From a virus (Duplodnaviria; Heunggongvirae; Uroviricota; Caudoviricetes): a DNA stretch of 9,878 nt. The stretch covers positions 1 to 9,878 of the IMG/VR virus record IMGVR_UViG_2703718826_000003; one strand, 5' to 3'. A program made the position numbers and the translations under genes. A model generated the notes under the pieces. It made no database searches. It was not told the DNA's origin and worked only from the letters and a program-made list of their open reading frames with translations. Each line of letters opens with the position of its first letter. The first letter of the stretch is position 1. This document shows positions 7,425 through 9,878 of this stretch, piece after piece.

Positions 7425-7865
7425 ATGGCCACATTATCTGATACAATAAAACCGAATAAAACATATCTTGAGGCGGTGCTGCGTACGGCGTTGTTAGGAA
7501 AGACAGAAGACGAATACGTTGATTTCTTCCTGTCAGGGCTACGCGGGCGATTACTGAAAAATCCCCGCCTGTACCGCAGCTATGGTCCATACTGGCCGGA
7601 AATTAAAAAATTATTACTGGAGCGCGGTTATGGTAATTTCGGTCGTCTCGTTGACCGTGACGTTCGCAAAATTTACCGTTATGACCGTCCGGCGCTGACG
7701 CTCATAGCCGCGACGCTCTACAGCCAGGAGCGTTTTGATAATGGTCAGATATACTCAGCCTGGCATTTACTGCCAGTGCCTGAAGAGGTTGACGACCAGG
7801 ACTATGAGTTTGAGTCTTACGATTTGGAAGTTGAAGCCTTGGCACAGGCTGGAGAGAAAACTTGA
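7425..7865 (+). CDS. Hypothetical protein, 146 aa, strongly acidic C-terminal tail
   Basis: ATG start after the hairpin; C-terminus PVPEEVDDQDYEFESYDLEVEALAQAGE; stop overlaps the next start (TTGA). Confidence 0.55.
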   Translation: MATLSDTIKPNKTYLEAVLRTALLGKTEDEYVDFFLSGLRGRLLKNPRLYRSYGPYWPEIKKLLLERGYGNFGRLVDRDVRKIYRYDRPALTLIAATLYSQERFDNGQIYSAWHLLPVPEEVDDQDYEFESYDLEVEALAQAGEKT

Positions 7866-8110
7866 AGAAGCGATACTACACAGTAAAGCATGGGACGCTA
7901 CGAGCATTGCAAGAGTTTGCTGATAAGCATAACGTTGAGGTGCGCAGGGAAGGGGGAAGTAAAGCTCTGCGCATGTACCGTCCTGACGGAAAATGGCGGA
8001 CGGTCGTCGATTTCAAAACTAACAGTGTTCCCCAGGGCGTCCGCGACCGGGCATTCGAAGAATGGGAGCAGATCATCATAGATAACGCATTGCTTCTGAA
8101 CGCTGATTAA
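7862..8110 (+). CDS. Hypothetical small basic protein, 82 aa, translationally coupled to the upstream gene
   Basis: TTG start with GGAGAG 7 nt upstream, overlapping the upstream stop (cTTGA); K/R-rich N-terminal half. Confidence 0.45.
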   Translation: MKKRYYTVKHGTLRALQEFADKHNVEVRREGGSKALRMYRPDGKWRTVVDFKTNSVPQGVRDRAFEEWEQIIIDNALLLNAD

Positions 8111-8120
8111 TAATCATTTA

Positions 8121-8141
8121 AAGCCCATATGATATGGGCTT
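8121..8141. repeat. Perfect 10-bp-arm palindrome (AAGCCCATAT g ATATGGGCTT)
   Basis: Lies 11 bp after the 82-aa gene stop and 22 bp before the AT-rich gene; no U-tract on either side, so an operator, RNA-processing or stability hairpin is as likely as a terminator. Confidence 0.45.
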
Positions 8142-8162
8142 AAACAACAGGATCGATATACA

Positions 8163-9203
8163 GTGTTAGTTAAATATATAGGCGAGAGTTATATGGAAAA
8201 ACCTTGGCCGGGCATGCACATTAGAACATCTTGTCTGGAGGATGGTTTCTTTAGAGCAACGCAACCAAAGTATCTTAATGATCCGTCGAGTGAGTCGCGA
8301 CTTCTTCCATTTTTTAATAAATTTTCACCAGCCGATTACGCATGGGCTAGAAATGAATTTAAGAAAATGCAACGAGATCCATCTTATGTCCCATCTATAC
8401 AAGAGTTAGAGTATTATTTAAAACCTTGCGGGAAACGATACGGAGAGGATTTTCCACACTTGTTAATCAATGAAGGTTTTACCTCAATGGATTCATATGA
8501 TGAATCTAAACTCCAAGAAATAGTAACGTACCTTAACGATTATTTAGTAGAAGCCGTAAGCTGTCATCTTGGTGTATTCTCTCTATCAAAAAGTGATTGC
8601 AATCTACACATGTGGACTCATTATGCATCGATAGGAAAGGGGTTTGCTGTAGTTTTCGATGAAACACACGATTTTTTCAAAATATATAGGCCGTGTGATG
8701 TTAGTTATAATCCAGAAGATAGAGCATCTGTAACCTATTATAAAGGCGCTGTGCGATTTAATGGCTATCCTGCGCCATCGAGGAATATAGATATAAAGAA
8801 TAAAGATAATACATTGCATGGGATCTTAAATCGAGATTCAGTTCGCGAGCTTTTTATTAATAGGCTCCTTTATACAAAAGGTGAAGAGTGGCTTCCTGAA
8901 AATGAAAGTAGAATTATTTTTCCTTTAGCTGATTGCGAGAGAAAGATAGGAAGTATTGTCTCTCCATCGATTGATGATTGCCTATTAAATGAGTATCCTG
9001 ATGTTTTTCATGACTATCATGAAATTAACTTAAAGAAAATTCCTTTTTCTGCATTCAAGCAAATTACCTTAGGGTATAACATGACTGAAAAAGATAAAAA
9101 TATAATTTTAGATAAAGTTAGTTCGAATAAAGAATTGTCTCACGTCAACGTATTATATTCAAAACTTGATATATACGGAAAGGTTGTGGTTAAGCCCATG
9201 TAA
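8163..9203 (+). CDS. AT-rich cargo gene, 346-aa protein with DUF2971-like motifs; function unknown
   Basis: GC content visibly lower than flanking phage genes. Motifs LVKYIG...FRATQPKYLNDPSSE and SCHLGVFSLS...NLHMWTHYASIGKGFAVVFDE resemble the DUF2971 family as I recall it (N-terminal LYKY, NDP-E, MW-HYA). Start is GTG 8163 or ATG 8193. Confidence 0.6.
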   Translation: MLVKYIGESYMEKPWPGMHIRTSCLEDGFFRATQPKYLNDPSSESRLLPFFNKFSPADYAWARNEFKKMQRDPSYVPSIQELEYYLKPCGKRYGEDFPHLLINEGFTSMDSYDESKLQEIVTYLNDYLVEAVSCHLGVFSLSKSDCNLHMWTHYASIGKGFAVVFDETHDFFKIYRPCDVSYNPEDRASVTYYKGAVRFNGYPAPSRNIDIKNKDNTLHGILNRDSVRELFINRLLYTKGEEWLPENESRIIFPLADCERKIGSIVSPSIDDCLLNEYPDVFHDYHEINLKKIPFSAFKQITLGYNMTEKDKNIILDKVSSNKELSHVNVLYSKLDIYGKVVVKPM

Positions 9204-9287
9204 TAATACGCTTATGTCTACACTTCATGATAAATACCTTCCTTAACTTAGGAAGGTTAGTTGTAGGTTTACGCAGAAAGTAACAAA

Positions 9288-9320
9288 TAACCTTCGTAGG
9301 TTATAGAATATTATTCTTTC
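9288..9320 (+). terminator. Weak terminator candidate after the AT-rich gene
   Basis: Stem TAACCT / AGGTTA with TCGT loop (9288-9303) followed by the T-rich TAGAATATTATTCTTTCC; a second small hairpin ACCTTCC/GGAAGGT lies at 9236-9257. Confidence 0.3.
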
Positions 9321-9347
9321 CGGTGAGTATTCCTTGAGGAACTCTAG

Positions 9348-9363
9348 GGAAGGTGCGAATAAG
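9348..9363. repeat. IS5 terminal inverted repeat (16 bp)
   Basis: GGAAGGTGCGAATAAG at the junction with the AT-rich flank. Confidence 0.8.
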
Positions 9364-9493
9364 TGGGGAAATTCTTCTCGGCTGACTCAGTCATTTCATT
9401 TCTTCATGTTTGAGCCGATTTTTTCTCCCGTAAATGCCTTGAATCAGCCTATTTAGACCGTTTCTTCGCCATTTAAGGCGTTATCCCCAGTTT

Positions 9494-9878
<385 letters not shown>

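Noticed and set aside
3503-7590. Antisense and alternative-frame ORFs across the plus-strand operon (e.g. 3503-3847 -, 4019-4327 -, 4317-4553 -, 4704-5012 -, 5136-5485, 5644-5916 -, 6175-6794, 7042-7590)
   Set aside because: All overlap the contiguous, translationally coupled plus-strand genes and are typical shadow ORFs.
7862-8110. HicA-like toxin assignment for the 82-aa protein
   Set aside because: A G-S-x...P-x-G...T-V pattern superficially resembles HicA-fold proteins, but the conserved histidines are absent, so the family assignment is not supported.
8604-8819. ORF 8604-8819 (-) inside the AT-rich gene
   Set aside because: Antisense shadow ORF in AT-rich DNA; the translation is low-complexity.

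Overview
This window looks like a mosaic segment of a P1-like phage or phage-plasmid, bracketed by two unrelated insertion sequences. Family and gene names below rest on recall of the P1 literature and on protein features read from the ORF track, not on database searches. Left edge: the 3' end of an IS30 copy (transposase C-terminus, terminal inverted repeat ending at 272). Minus strand, 336-3138: a tail-fibre host-range switch, made of a tail-fibre variable C-terminal cassette (914-2530, frame open up to 2608), a translationally coupled tail-fibre assembly chaperone (336-914), and a 186-aa Cin/Gin/Pin-family serine DNA invertase (2578-3138) whose stop codon sits inside a 26-bp cix/gix-type crossover site (2561-2586). 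Plus strand, 3266-8110, divergent from the invertase: a tightly coupled operon of two small holin-like membrane proteins, an N-terminally anchored LydB-like protein, two paralogous coiled-coil proteins (Hdf/DarA-like), a 462-aa protein, and a coupled 146-aa/82-aa pair. This resembles the P1 lydA-lydB-darA lysis-control and antirestriction operon. It is followed by an AT-rich 346-aa cargo gene with DUF2971-like motifs (8163-9203), the best candidate here for an undescribed accessory or defence function. Right edge: the end of an IS5 copy (terminal repeat at 9348, CTAG target) whose transposase frame carries in-frame stop codons. No rRNA, tRNA or CRISPR array is visible.
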